From the NCBI GenBank assembly GCA_963611815.1, contig CAVDSY010000017.1, positions 350 to 64,349 of the forward strand: DNA of 64,000 bases, read 5' to 3'. Source of the DNA: a bacterium. Lineage in GTDB: Bacteria > Bacillota_I > Bacilli_A > RFN20 > CAG-826. Below, piece after piece: positions 16,169 through 26,540 of this stretch (within the stretch, counting starts at the first letter, position 1; every line of letters begins with the position of its first letter). The notes below the pieces were generated by a model. That model was not told the origin of the DNA. It did no database searches and saw only the letters and a program-made list of their open reading frames with translations. The position numbers were made by a program, and so were the translations under genes.

Positions 16169-17207
16169 TTTTCGCGTCGGGCTCCGCCTAGAAGGGGCCG
16201 AATTCATCGTCAGCGATTGCAAAGGAGGCGTGGGGAGCACGGGCAAACGCTACCTTTCGATCACTCTCCAAGACGCTTCTGGCAGCATCGAGGGCAAACT
16301 TTGGGACGTCGGCCCTGATGACGAAGCGACTTTCGCCAAAGGCAACATCGTCTCCATTAGCGGGGACGTCTTGTCTTATCGCGAATCCCTGCAGCTTAAG
16401 ATCTACGGCGGATATGCTCTTCCGAAAGAAGGGATAGACTGGTCGCGCTTCGTCGCCAACGCCCCTCTTGGCAAAGACCTTCTGCTCGCCAAACTGAAGG
16501 ATTATCTGAACTCGCTCGAAGACAAGGATGTGAAGGCTTTGGTCTGCGAGTCGCTAAAGGGTTACAAAGAGAAATACCTAACTTGGCCCGCCGCGACGAA
16601 GAACCACCATAACTACGTCTCGGGGTTGCTATACCACTCCCTCACAATGGCCGATGCCGCTATATCCTTATATAAAATATACCCATCCCTCAATAGGGAC
16701 ATCCTCCTTGGAGGGGTGATCCTTCATGACCTAGGCAAGGTTATCGAGCTCTCGGGCCCTGAAGCCACAACCTATACCTTAGAAGGAAAACTCTTAGGAC
16801 ATCTCACAATCGGGGCCGCCCTTGTTAGAGATGCTGCCCTCCGCTTAGGCTACTATGCATACAAGGATATGGGCGAAGAGGTTTCCGAAGGAGAGAAAGA
16901 GGCGGCCTTCCATCGCTATGAAATCGCCGTCGCCTTTGAACACATCCTCCTCTCGCATCATGGCAAGCCTGAGTTCGGCTGCGCCGTCACCCCGCTTACC
17001 AGGGAAGCCCTCGCGGTCTCGATGATCGACGACTTCGACGCGAAGATGATGATCCTCGACAAGGCCTTTGCCCAAACGAAACGAGGGGAATACACAAGCA
17101 GGCTCTTCACCCTCGACGACCGCTCCTTCTATTATCCTTTCTATGCTCCGGAGCCCAAAAACCCCGGCCTCAGCCTAGAGGAAGAGGACGGATTGCTCAA
17201 AAAGTGA
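16158..17207 (+). CDS. yhaM: 3'-5' exoribonuclease YhaM (OB-fold plus HD domain)
   Basis: N-terminal OB-fold (YLSITLQDASGSIEGKLWD) and an HD domain (GVILHDLGK ... LLSHHG). Confidence 0.8.
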   Translation: MISDFRVGLRLEGAEFIVSDCKGGVGSTGKRYLSITLQDASGSIEGKLWDVGPDDEATFAKGNIVSISGDVLSYRESLQLKIYGGYALPKEGIDWSRFVANAPLGKDLLLAKLKDYLNSLEDKDVKALVCESLKGYKEKYLTWPAATKNHHNYVSGLLYHSLTMADAAISLYKIYPSLNRDILLGGVILHDLGKVIELSGPEATTYTLEGKLLGHLTIGAALVRDAALRLGYYAYKDMGEEVSEGEKEAAFHRYEIAVAFEHILLSHHGKPEFGCAVTPLTREALAVSMIDDFDAKMMILDKAFAQTKRGEYTSRLFTLDDRSFYYPFYAPEPKNPGLSLEEEDGLLKK

Positions 17208-17213
17208 ACGAAG

Positions 17214-17248
17214 GAAAAAGGCTTCCGGTTGGCCGGAAGCCTTTTTTC
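17214..17248. terminator. Bidirectional intrinsic terminator between yhaM and the convergent HIT gene
   Basis: aaaaa, then stem ggcttccgg (17220-17228), loop ttgg, stem ccggaagcc (17233-17241), then tttttt. Confidence 0.75.
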
Positions 17249-17663
17249 ATTTGATGCCTTCTTTGATGCTCAAGGCGAGACGAGGCAAATCCATCGAGGA
17301 GGTGTCCTGGGCTTTCATGCTGATTTGAAAGCCTCCCTCTCCCCCGGTGTAACGCGGGATGACGTGCACGTGGAAGTGAGGCACGCTCTGTCCTGCCGCC
17401 TCGCCGGCGTTGGTGAGGATGTTGACCCCTTTCGCCCCGAGGACCCCAACCATGGCTTGCCCTATCCTTTGAGCGACGTCATAGACTTTGTGGGCGATCG
17501 GCGAGGGGGTGCTCAGGAAGTCCTGGTAATGCTTTTTTGGCATGACGAGGGTATGGCCCCTCGTCGTTTGGGAGACGTCGAGTATCGCCAGTACGTCGTC
17601 GTCCTCATAGACTTTGGTGCTTGGGATCTCACCATCGATTATTTTGCAGAATATGTCTTTCAT
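17247..17663 (-). CDS. HIT-family nucleotide hydrolase (Hint-like)
   Basis: Histidine triad HFHVHVIP is present. AAGGAG SD and TATAAT lie upstream on the minus strand. Confidence 0.9.
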   Translation of the reverse strand: MKDIFCKIIDGEIPSTKVYEDDDVLAILDVSQTTRGHTLVMPKKHYQDFLSTPSPIAHKVYDVAQRIGQAMVGVLGAKGVNILTNAGEAAGQSVPHFHVHVIPRYTGGEGGFQISMKAQDTSSMDLPRLALSIKEGIK

Positions 17664-17715
17664 TGTTTGACTCCTTCTTTCCTAAATTATAGGGCGAACG
17701 AGGGAAAGCGTAACT

Positions 17716-17742
17716 GAAAAGCGGCCCCGTTTTGGGGCCGCT
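17716..17742 (-). terminator. Intrinsic terminator of the lipoprotein operon
   Basis: On the minus strand the sequence reads agcggcccc-aaaac-ggggccgc followed by tttt (plus-strand coordinates 17717-17741). Confidence 0.65.
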
Positions 17743-17751
17743 AAGCGATCG

Positions 17752-19572
17752 TCAGTCGAAGAGATCAGGGAAGGTCTTCTCGAAGTAGTCGTAGACGTCT
17801 TGGTCGTGGTAGGAGATGGCGGCTTCCTCAACGTAATGCTGATTGGCGGCCTTCTTGTAGGTGTCGGAATCTCCGAGCAGCCCGGCGACTTCCCAGACAA
17901 TCTGGTTGGCGGTCTCACTGCCGGAACGCCAATCGGCGTGATCCTTTTTGACGGTGTCGTAGTAGTTAATCCCGTCCTTGACTAATTTGCTTGCCTTCAC
18001 CGCCTCATCGATGCGGATGATGTACCAGGTGGTGGAAGAGGAATCGTAGAGGACGTAAGGGGTGGCGTCGGCGCTAGCGTCATCATAGGTCTCCGGCATC
18101 AGATAGTATTTGCCGTCGGCTTTTAGGCGCGTGGTGTATTTGCCGTCGTCGCGGCCGATTTCATCCATGACGGAAGAGTTCGGCTCGGTGTCTAACTCGT
18201 TGGCCACGTTCATCTTGAAGAGCCTGGTCTTGAAGTCGCTGGCGAGATCGCTCAGGCCGGAGGAAGTGTACCAACCGGTTGTGACGTTGTTAGTGGTGCG
18301 AATGGAGTCTTCCTCGATCTTGAACCCGGTTTCCTTGGTGTAGGCGTTGGAGTTGGTGAAGTCGGTGGAGGACTCGCTGCTCTTCCAGCGGTTATCGGCT
18401 TGTTTGCCGTAATCGAGGACGAGCTTGCCGTATTTTGTCTCCTTGTAGAAGGGGACTGATAGAGCAGTGGTGCCGTCGGCGCCGTAAGCGGTGTTTGAGG
18501 TGTCACTAGGAGTGAATCCAGCCATATCATAGATCCACTGGGCGACCATATATGACTCTTTGCTCTGCTCATCTTCGCTGAAGTAGCCGATATATAGGCT
18601 ATCGAGGAAGCGAAGATCGCGGAAGGAAGCGTAATCCTCCTCGGTTAGCCCGGTTGCGCCAGAAAGGTTGGCGATTTCCTCATCGCTCTTCTCCAAAATG
18701 TATTTGGCATAGGTGTGGAAGAGGCGGTAAAGCGAGCCGAGGTGGTCGCCGCCGTTCTCGTCTTTGATGGCGACGTACTGAACTTTGCGGGCGTAGGAAC
18801 GTCCGAGGACGCCATAGTTGTTGGAGATGAGATAGCTTTCGACGAGGGCTTTGCGATAGGCGCTTTGAAGGATCGATCTTTCGATGTAGTCCTGGTAGGT
18901 GCTCATCCAGCCTTCGTGGAAGTACTCATCGACGTCTTCGTAGGTGTCGTGCCCTTCGACGAGTTTGCGCTCTTTCTTGATCAAGGCGAGGGTCGCGTCA
19001 TCAACTTTGCTGAAGTCGTAGAGCTCAGCCTTCTCAGCTTTATAGAAGAGCTCTTCGATGAAGTAGTTCCTCTCCTGGTAACTGCTGTTCTTCACGGTGC
19101 TCCAGAAGGATTTGTTGATGGTGACGATGAGGGTGTTGATGAAGTCTTTGACGTTGGCGACGGTGGCGTCTTTGTTCACGGAGCCGTCACTGTTTGTGAC
19201 TTTGTAGATCTCGTGCTTCTTCTCGGTAACGAAGCTGTAGATCTCGTCGTCGGTCTTGCCTTTGAGGGAAAGGAGGCCGGTCTCTCCGTTCTTGTCGTAG
19301 AAGGAGCCGTATTTCGATTCGGCCAAGACGAGGAGGATATTGTTGAGAACCTTCTCAGAATTGGTGTCGCCAGAAGTGATGAGGGCATCATAGATTTCCC
19401 TCATCTCATTGTTATAGATGTCGGGGTTGTTTCCATCCTTGTCGACGAGGATCGGCTCAGCCTCTTGCTTGGCCGTCATTCTGGCTTCGACGTCGTCGCA
19501 GGAAGCGAGAGCGATCGTCGCGCTGGCGGCGAGGACGAGCAGGAATTTCTTCATTTTACTTTTTGCCATCAT
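17752..19572 (-). CDS. Large lipoprotein, distant PrsA/SurA-parvulin-like architecture
   Basis: Signal peptide with lipobox (LVLAASATIALASC). The start was set at ATG 19572, behind GGAGGG. The C-terminal TTWYIIRIDE resembles the GYHIIKV end motif of parvulin domains. Confidence 0.65.
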   Translation of the reverse strand: MMAKSKMKKFLLVLAASATIALASCDDVEARMTAKQEAEPILVDKDGNNPDIYNNEMREIYDALITSGDTNSEKVLNNILLVLAESKYGSFYDKNGETGLLSLKGKTDDEIYSFVTEKKHEIYKVTNSDGSVNKDATVANVKDFINTLIVTINKSFWSTVKNSSYQERNYFIEELFYKAEKAELYDFSKVDDATLALIKKERKLVEGHDTYEDVDEYFHEGWMSTYQDYIERSILQSAYRKALVESYLISNNYGVLGRSYARKVQYVAIKDENGGDHLGSLYRLFHTYAKYILEKSDEEIANLSGATGLTEEDYASFRDLRFLDSLYIGYFSEDEQSKESYMVAQWIYDMAGFTPSDTSNTAYGADGTTALSVPFYKETKYGKLVLDYGKQADNRWKSSESSTDFTNSNAYTKETGFKIEEDSIRTTNNVTTGWYTSSGLSDLASDFKTRLFKMNVANELDTEPNSSVMDEIGRDDGKYTTRLKADGKYYLMPETYDDASADATPYVLYDSSSTTWYIIRIDEAVKASKLVKDGINYYDTVKKDHADWRSGSETANQIVWEVAGLLGDSDTYKKAANQHYVEEAAISYHDQDVYDYFEKTFPDLFD

Positions 19573-21715
19573 AACCAATGCCCTCCGTGTCATACATTCC
19601 AGTGCCTTTCTTGGCGCTTTCGCCCTTGTAAGTGAGGGCGACGCATTCGGAGATCAAGCGTTGTTTGCCGTCGCCGATATTGCGTTCTTCGTTTTGCCTC
19701 GTGAGAACTTCTGCATAGGTGTCCCAGGCATCGTCGAGGGCCTTAATTTCGTCTTCGTGGTTCTTCTCCCTTGTGGCGGAGATGTAATCCTTGACGAGGT
19801 TCTCGATCTTGACGCCGAGTTCGGTGCTCGAGAACTTGAGCCCGATGTTGCTGTCCTCGATCAGCTTCTGGAATTCGAAGGTGTCTTCCGAGGAGTTGTA
19901 GGACTTGATCGCGTCGGAGATCTTGTCGGCGTTCTCCTGATACTTTGTGTCGGTGGTGTTGACGCGGTTAACGAAAGTCGATTTCTCGACCTCGGTGTCG
20001 CCGCTCTTGTAGGTCGGGAAGTCCGAGGAGCTCGGAGTCTTGACGGTGAAATAGTCGGAGAGCGAGGTGACGTCGGCCAAGGAATTGCCGGCAGCGTCGT
20101 AGCAGCCATCGGCCGTGGCGTCTAGAAGCGAATCGTAGGTGGTGTAGGTGTTGCTGACCTTGTTGTATTTCACATAAGCGTCGAGCGAGGAGCGGTTCAC
20201 GACGATGAAGTGGATTCCTTCATAGGCGTTGCCGGAGGAATTGCTCGCTTTGACGGCGAGAATTACCTGCCCGCGCTCGTTGGTGAGGACGTTTTCGCTG
20301 TGCGTCCCTGCGGAATCGGTGATGTCGAGGATGTCGGAGGTGTCGTAAGAGAAGCCCGGAAGACTTGCGTAGTCCGAGGAATAGGTCCCGCGATACCAGC
20401 CATTGTTATCCTCATAGTTCTTCTTTTCGTTTTCGACGTAAATTTCGGCTTCGGTCTCAGTCATATCAAAGCCGTTTTTGTAGTCGGCGTAAGCGGCATT
20501 GAAATCGATTTCCTCTGGCACGATGACTGCGATCGAACGGTTGTTGAAATACTTATTGAAAATGATGTTACGCGCATAGTAGGTGGCGTCGTCATCATTG
20601 ACGGTGTAACCGAGGTTTGGGTCGCTTGCGACGTCGTTATACCCAAGGGCGACTGCTGCGCCGTATGGGATATAGCCGATGCCGAGTTCGGTCTCAAAAT
20701 AGTCGCGGGTGTTTCTGGCATCGGGACCGAAAGTGTCGTCTTCGCTAGGAAGGACATGCTCGCGCAATTCACCTTCATCGCCGTTCCCGGCGACGTCGTA
20801 ATCGGTGCTGCGGGCATATGAATCAGCGGCTGTGTGCTTATTGTTGTACAAAGCATCATAGGCATAGACGCCGAGGCGGAATTCGGAAACATAGCCCGAT
20901 TCCATGAGCCCAAGGTTGCCGTAGTCGGTGGCGGAGGTGTCGTCGGAAGGCAAGGTGAAGCAGATCTGGCCAAAGGTCTGGCGCGCGCTGTCCGCTGTCT
21001 CGCCGTCTTCGGTGTTGGCCGCGCCGGCGAAAGCCTTGACGGCCTGAGAGATCTTGAGGGACTCGGCCTTGGTGATTGTGAACTGGCACGATTCACTGTG
21101 GCTGGAGGAGCTGAACTTCACAAGGAAGTGGGAGACGTGGTAGGGGGTCTTCTCGACGAGATAGCCGTTGCTTCCACGCCCATAGGCGTCGCTCTTGGGG
21201 AAATAGGCCTTCCCGTTTTCATCCACGCCGGTTTTCATGGCTTCGACGGCGCTGTCGTTCTTGAACTGGCGCTCGAAGTCTTTTTTCTCTTCTTCGTAAA
21301 GTTTGGCTTCGAAAAGCTCGGAGATGTTCTCGACGTTGTTGCTGTCGAGAAGCGTCTCAAGCTCGGCGGCGTAGCTCGTGCCGTTGCTGTCGGCGTTGCT
21401 TTGGGCCTGCTTCTTGATCGAGTCGACGCTGTTCTGCGCCGAGGTCTTCAGGGTCTCGAGAGTGGATCCGCCCTTCACTTGATAGTATTTGCGGATCAGG
21501 ACTTCCTTGACTTTGTTAAAGTTGGTGCTCGCCGCGCTTGAACCTTGCTCGTAGTTGTCGAGAAGCTCGCTGGCTCTGTAGTCAACCCGGGTTCCGCTGT
21601 TGTCCGTGAATGTGAGCACCACCCCGTCCTTCGCCGTGACGTCATCGCAACCGGTCAGTGCCATGACCGCGGAGAAGCTGGCGACTAGGGCGAGGGTGAG
21701 TTTGCTTTTTTTCAT
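19556..21715 (-). CDS. Large lipoprotein with a PrsA-like foldase core (parvulin-like motifs split by a large insertion)
   Basis: The start was set at ATG 21715, behind AGGAGG. Lipobox AVMALTGC. Parvulin-like motifs are YHVSHFLVKF, SDDTSATDYGNLGLMESGYVSEF and EGIHFIVVNR. Confidence 0.65.
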   Translation of the reverse strand: MKKSKLTLALVASFSAVMALTGCDDVTAKDGVVLTFTDNSGTRVDYRASELLDNYEQGSSAASTNFNKVKEVLIRKYYQVKGGSTLETLKTSAQNSVDSIKKQAQSNADSNGTSYAAELETLLDSNNVENISELFEAKLYEEEKKDFERQFKNDSAVEAMKTGVDENGKAYFPKSDAYGRGSNGYLVEKTPYHVSHFLVKFSSSSHSESCQFTITKAESLKISQAVKAFAGAANTEDGETADSARQTFGQICFTLPSDDTSATDYGNLGLMESGYVSEFRLGVYAYDALYNNKHTAADSYARSTDYDVAGNGDEGELREHVLPSEDDTFGPDARNTRDYFETELGIGYIPYGAAVALGYNDVASDPNLGYTVNDDDATYYARNIIFNKYFNNRSIAVIVPEEIDFNAAYADYKNGFDMTETEAEIYVENEKKNYEDNNGWYRGTYSSDYASLPGFSYDTSDILDITDSAGTHSENVLTNERGQVILAVKASNSSGNAYEGIHFIVVNRSSLDAYVKYNKVSNTYTTYDSLLDATADGCYDAAGNSLADVTSLSDYFTVKTPSSSDFPTYKSGDTEVEKSTFVNRVNTTDTKYQENADKISDAIKSYNSSEDTFEFQKLIEDSNIGLKFSSTELGVKIENLVKDYISATREKNHEDEIKALDDAWDTYAEVLTRQNEERNIGDGKQRLISECVALTYKGESAKKGTGMYDTEGIGYDGKK

Positions 21716-21899
21716 AAAAACTCGTTCCTCCTTCGTCTGAAACGTAGCGCGATAATCATAAACTCTAAGAGTTCCTCTTACAACAACATTTTTAATGTCA
21801 AAAAATGCCGTTGTGGTGTAGAGAAATTGACATGTCATGTCTTGGATAACGCTCTTTTGGCAAAGAATAAATTCTTTGGTAGATTTTTTACCGCTTTTG

Positions 21900-21928
21900 T
21901 TGTCGCTGTTCCCTCACGTGTCTAAAAT
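21900..21928 (+). promoter_or_regulatory. Putative promoter of the suf operon
   Basis: TTGTCG (21900-21905), a 17-nt spacer, then TAAAAT (21923-21928). A GGAGGG SD precedes ATG 21954. Confidence 0.4.
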
Positions 21929-21953
21929 AGTCTAGCCTCGCTTGGAGGGTGTT

Positions 21954-22784
21954 ATGTCGAAGCTCATTATCAAAAACCTGCATGTCGCCGTGAAGGACAA
22001 GGAAATCCTGAAAGGGGTCGATCTCACTTTGGAAGAAGGCGAGACTCTAGCTTTACTAGGCCCTAATGGCCATGGCAAATCCACACTGCTCGCCGCCATC
22101 ATGGGAAATCCTAATTACATCGTCACCGAGGGCTCGATTGAGCTCGACGGGACGGATATTCTCTCTTTGCCGGTGGACGGGCGATCGAAAGCCGGGCTTT
22201 TCCTCGCCATGCAATATCCCCCGGAGATCCCCGGGGTCAATTCGGCCGATTTCCTAAAGGCCGCTCTCAACGCCAGGAGAGAGAAGCCGATGAAGCTCTT
22301 CGAATTCTACGGCAAGATGCAAAGCGCCTACAAAGAGATGGGCATCCCCTTTGAGATGAGCACACGCAATCTCAACGAAGGCTTCTCGGGAGGCGAAAAG
22401 AAGCGCAACGAGATTCTCCAAATGAAGCTGCTCGACCCCAAGTTCGCCTTGCTTGATGAGATCGATTCTGGCCTTGACGTGGACGCGATGCAGGTCGTCG
22501 CTTCCGCCATCAAGGAAGAGCAAGCGAAAGGCAGGGGATTCCTCGTCGTCTCACATTACGCCAGGCTTTACGACATGATCAACCCGACAAAAGTCGCCGT
22601 CATGATCAATGGGCGCATCGCCGTCAAAGGCGAGCCAGACCTCATTCAGAAAATCGACACCCAAGGCTACGAGTGGATAAAGACGGAGCTGGGCATCTCG
22701 ATTGAGAAAGAAAGCCAGGAAATGAGCAAGCAGTCAATCGGCGTCTGCGCCACCCACGCCGCGGCGAAAGAAGGCAGCAAATGA
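21954..22784 (+). CDS. sufC: Fe-S cluster assembly ATPase SufC
   Basis: Walker A (GPNGHGKST), signature (FSGGEKKR) and Walker B (ALLDEIDSGLD) are present. Confidence 0.9.
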   Translation: MSKLIIKNLHVAVKDKEILKGVDLTLEEGETLALLGPNGHGKSTLLAAIMGNPNYIVTEGSIELDGTDILSLPVDGRSKAGLFLAMQYPPEIPGVNSADFLKAALNARREKPMKLFEFYGKMQSAYKEMGIPFEMSTRNLNEGFSGGEKKRNEILQMKLLDPKFALLDEIDSGLDVDAMQVVASAIKEEQAKGRGFLVVSHYARLYDMINPTKVAVMINGRIAVKGEPDLIQKIDTQGYEWIKTELGISIEKESQEMSKQSIGVCATHAAAKEGSK

Positions 22785-23458
22785 CCCTCACCTTCGTCGA
22801 TGAACAGATCAAAAACGCGGAATATGAGGTGAAAGAGGGCGAGACCCTGAACCTGAATTTCGCTTCCTTCGCGGGTTTTTCCTCATTCGAAATCAACGCG
22901 AAAATCCGCGCAAATGCGACGATTAACGTGGCTTTTGCGGACTTATCGAACGGAAAAGGAACGATAAAAGCCAATATCGAACTTCTTGGCGAAGGAGCTT
23001 CCTGCAAATGGCATCTGGCTTCGATTTGCGGCGCTTCCTCGGAAAAGACGGTCGATGTTTCTTTGCTCCATAAGGCCCCCCACACTTCTGGCGTTGTCTC
23101 CAATTATGGCATCGTCCAAAGTGAGTCGCGCCTTAATTTCCTTGGGGTCTCGGAAATCCAAAAAGGCTCCTTTGCCTCCTCCACGAGGCAAGAGGCGAAA
23201 ATCATCGTTTTCGATGAGAGGTGCATCGGCAAAGCGATGCCCATCCTCAAAATCGACGAGAACGACGTGGTCGCTAGCCATGCTGCGGTCGTCGGCAAGC
23301 TCAATGAGCAACATCTTTTCTATTTGCTTTCCCGCGGCATTTCCTTGCCCGCGGCGAGGAAGCTCTTGACGCTAGGCTATCTTAAACCGATCGAGAAATA
23401 TTTCGACGATGAGCCGCTCCGTCAGAGGATCGATGAGTCCATCGAGGGGGGCATCTGA
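22781..23458 (+). CDS. sufD: SufD-like Fe-S assembly protein, short form (225 aa)
   Basis: The C-terminal SufB/SufD beta-helix region and helical end are present (HAAVVGKLNEQHLFYLLSRGIS). ATGA overlap with sufC. Confidence 0.7.
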   Translation: MTLTFVDEQIKNAEYEVKEGETLNLNFASFAGFSSFEINAKIRANATINVAFADLSNGKGTIKANIELLGEGASCKWHLASICGASSEKTVDVSLLHKAPHTSGVVSNYGIVQSESRLNFLGVSEIQKGSFASSTRQEAKIIVFDERCIGKAMPILKIDENDVVASHAAVVGKLNEQHLFYLLSRGISLPAARKLLTLGYLKPIEKYFDDEPLRQRIDESIEGGI

Positions 23459-24693
23459 TGTTCGACCCCAAAGCCATCCGCAAAGATTTCCCGATGTTCG
23501 CCGAGCATCCTTTGATGCAAGGCCATCCTTTGGTGTGGCTCGACAACGCCTCAACGACTTTCAAGCCTGAATGTGTCATCAAAGAGATAGAGGATTATTA
23601 CCGCAGCGAGACGAGCAACTCCCATCGCGGCGACTACGATCTTTGCTATCAAATGGACCAAAAAGTCCTGGCCGTGAGGAAAAAAATCGCCAAATTTCTC
23701 AATTGCGATGCGCGGGAAGTCGTCTTCACTTCCGGGGCGACGGCTTCTTTGAACACGGTCGCCTATGGCTATGGGCTGAAGTTCCTCAAGGAAGGCGACG
23801 AGATTCTCATCACCGAGGCTGAGCACGCCTCCAATGTTTTGCCTTGGTTCCAAATCGCCAAATACACGGGCTGCAAAGTCGCTTATATCCCTCTTTCCGA
23901 GACGGGCAGGATAACCCCGGAAAACCTTGAGAAAGCAATCACCCCACATACGAAGCTCATTTCTTTCGCCGCGGTGGGGAACGTCTTGGGCTATGAAGAG
24001 CCAGTCAAAGAGCTGACGCGCATCGCTCACGAGCACGGGGCCCTGGTCTGCCTTGACGGGGCTCAGTCCGTCCCGCACATGAGAACCGACGTGAAGGACC
24101 TTGACGTCGATTTTCTGGCGTTCTCCGGGCATAAGATGCTGGGCCCTACAGGCGTTGGCGTGCTGTATGGCAAATACGATGTCCTTTGCAAAATGGATCC
24201 GCTTAATTCCGGAGGAGGCAATAACGACAAGTTCCATTCGGATTGCTCAGTCACCTTCCTCCCGCCCCCTGAACGCTTTGAGGCGGGCACGCTCAATCTC
24301 GCGGGGATCCTCGGCTTAAAATCGGCTATTGAATACTTGGAAAATTTGGGCTTCGACGCCATCTACGAGCATGAGAAAAAACTCAAGAATTTCGCCGTAG
24401 AAAAACTGAAAGAGACGGGAAATGCGGAGATTTTCAACGAAGACGCGGAGGCCGGCATCGTCACTTTCAACATAAAAGGGGTTTTTGCCCAAGACGCGGC
24501 GACTTACCTCAACAGCCAAGGGATCGCCTGCCGCAGCGGCCAGCACTGCGCCAAGCTTCTCAATCAATCTTATTTGCCTACCCCAGCCACCGTCAGGGCG
24601 AGCTTCTATATCTACAACACCGAAGAGGATGCTCTCGCTTTGGCTGAGGCCGTGAAGAACGGAGGGAATTACCTAGATGCCTACTTCTTTTGA
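23458..24693 (+). CDS. sufS: Cysteine desulfurase SufS (class V aminotransferase, group II)
   Basis: PLP Lys motif (FSGHKMLGPTG) and catalytic Cys region (RSGQHCA). Confidence 0.9.
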   Translation: MFDPKAIRKDFPMFAEHPLMQGHPLVWLDNASTTFKPECVIKEIEDYYRSETSNSHRGDYDLCYQMDQKVLAVRKKIAKFLNCDAREVVFTSGATASLNTVAYGYGLKFLKEGDEILITEAEHASNVLPWFQIAKYTGCKVAYIPLSETGRITPENLEKAITPHTKLISFAAVGNVLGYEEPVKELTRIAHEHGALVCLDGAQSVPHMRTDVKDLDVDFLAFSGHKMLGPTGVGVLYGKYDVLCKMDPLNSGGGNNDKFHSDCSVTFLPPPERFEAGTLNLAGILGLKSAIEYLENLGFDAIYEHEKKLKNFAVEKLKETGNAEIFNEDAEAGIVTFNIKGVFAQDAATYLNSQGIACRSGQHCAKLLNQSYLPTPATVRASFYIYNTEEDALALAEAVKNGGNYLDAYFF

Positions 24694-25138
24694 ACTGACT
24701 CCTGAGATGATGAGGGAAATCATCATGGACCATTATTCCTCCCCCTCCCACAAAGCCTCGCCAAGCGACGGATCGGCCTATTTTTCGACCCATTCCTCCT
24801 CCGTCAATTGCATCGATGACATCGATGTGTATCTGAAAGAGGAGAACGATGTCGTCGTCGACGCTCTCTGGAACGGCGTCGCCTGCGCGATTTCGACCGC
24901 CTCAACCGACATTCTTTGCGACCTTCTCATCGGCAAAAAGAAGGAAGAAGCCTTATATATCATCGAGCAATACAGGAACATGATCCTCAGCAAGCCTTAC
25001 GACAAGGACGTTTTGGAGGAGGCTCTCGCCTTCATGAACACCGGCAGGCAGGCCGCGCGCATCCATTGCGCCACCATCGGCTGGGACGCCTTCGAGAAGG
25101 TAATCCACGAGGAAGGGGGATGCTGCCATGGCAAATGA
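24677..25138 (+). CDS. sufU: SUF-system zinc-dependent sulfur transfer protein SufU
   Basis: NifU/IscU-like pattern with conserved Cys/Asp residues ([28 protein letters not shown]). Confidence 0.85.
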   Translation: MPTSFELTPEMMREIIMDHYSSPSHKASPSDGSAYFSTHSSSVNCIDDIDVYLKEENDVVVDALWNGVACAISTASTDILCDLLIGKKKEEALYIIEQYRNMILSKPYDKDVLEEALAFMNTGRQAARIHCATIGWDAFEKVIHEEGGCCHGK

Positions 25139-26537
25139 GAAAATCGATCCCTCCATTCTCAGCAAAGAGTACGAATACGGCTTCAAGGACAAGGATGTCT
25201 CCATTTTCACTACCGGCAAAGGGCTGAGCGAGGACGTCGTCAAGGAGATCTCGAAAGCCAAAGGGGAGCCGGAGTGGATGCTTGACTTCCGCCTTAAGGC
25301 CTTCCATGCCTTCGAGAAGATGAGAATGCCCTCCTTCGGCCCGTCTTTGGATTTCGTTGATTTCAATTCCTACACTTATTTCACACGGGTCGCCAAAAGC
25401 GAGGAGAACTCTTGGGATCAGGTGCCTGAGACCGTGAAAAAGACCTTCCAGAAACTCGGCATCCCCGAGGCTGAGCAGAAATTCCTCTCCGGCGTCTCCA
25501 CCCAATACGAATCAGAGGTCGTCTACCACAACATGCTTGAGGAAGTCCGCGAAAAAGGGGTCATCTTCCTTTCCTCGGACATGGGGCTCAAACTTTTCCC
25601 CGATCTCTTCCGCAAATACTTTGGGACCGTCATTCCCATCGCCGACAGCAAATTCAGTGCCCTCAACGGCGCTTGTTGGAGCGGAGGCACTTTCATCTAC
25701 GTCCCCAAAGGCGTGCATCTAGACAAGCCTCTTCAATCCTATTTCCGCATCAACAATCAGAAAACGGGGCAATTCGAGAGAACCTTGATTATCGCCGACG
25801 AGGGCAGCGACATCCATTACGTCGAAGGGTGCACGGCCCCAGTCTACAACAAAGAGTCTCTCCACGTAGGTGTGGTGGAAATCGTCGTCTGCAAAGGGGC
25901 TCATGTCCGCTACACCACCATCCAGAACTGGTCGAACAATATTTTGAACCTCGTCACCCAAAGGGCGAATGTTTTCGAAAACGGCTTCATGGAATGGGTC
26001 GATGGCAACATCGGGTCGATGATGACCATGAAATACCCTGCCTGCATCTTGAAAGGCGACAACTCCAGGGGGGCGACCATCACGATCGCCGTCGGGGGCA
26101 AAGGGCAATACCAGGACTCTGGGGCGAGGATGGTGCACGAAGGGAAGAACACTTCCTCGACGATCATCTCCAAGTCCGTCTGCCACGATGGAGGAACCGC
26201 CAATTTCAGAGGGACCGTCAGGGTTTTGCCTTCCGCCACAGGGGCCAAGTCCCACATTGAATGCGATACGCTTATCCTCGATAAGAAATCCAAGTCAGAC
26301 ACCTATCCGAAGAATGAGATCCGCAACGCCGACTCCTTCATCGAGCATGAGGCGACGGTCTCGAAAATATCCGAAGAGCAGCTTTTCTATCTGATGTCGC
26401 GCGGCCTAAGCGAGGCGCAGGCCACCCAGATGATCGTCATGGGTTTCATTGAGCCTTTCGCCAAAGAGCTCCCGATGGAATACGCCGTTGAGCTAAATCA
26501 GCTCATCAAAATGGACATGTCCGAGTCAATCGGCTGA
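25128..26537 (+). CDS. sufB: Fe-S cluster assembly scaffold SufB
   Basis: 469 aa with a full-length SufB pattern, including [23 protein letters not shown]. Confidence 0.9.
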   Translation: MANEKIDPSILSKEYEYGFKDKDVSIFTTGKGLSEDVVKEISKAKGEPEWMLDFRLKAFHAFEKMRMPSFGPSLDFVDFNSYTYFTRVAKSEENSWDQVPETVKKTFQKLGIPEAEQKFLSGVSTQYESEVVYHNMLEEVREKGVIFLSSDMGLKLFPDLFRKYFGTVIPIADSKFSALNGACWSGGTFIYVPKGVHLDKPLQSYFRINNQKTGQFERTLIIADEGSDIHYVEGCTAPVYNKESLHVGVVEIVVCKGAHVRYTTIQNWSNNILNLVTQRANVFENGFMEWVDGNIGSMMTMKYPACILKGDNSRGATITIAVGGKGQYQDSGARMVHEGKNTSSTIISKSVCHDGGTANFRGTVRVLPSATGAKSHIECDTLILDKKSKSDTYPKNEIRNADSFIEHEATVSKISEEQLFYLMSRGLSEAQATQMIVMGFIEPFAKELPMEYAVELNQLIKMDMSESIG

Positions 26538-26540
26538 TTT

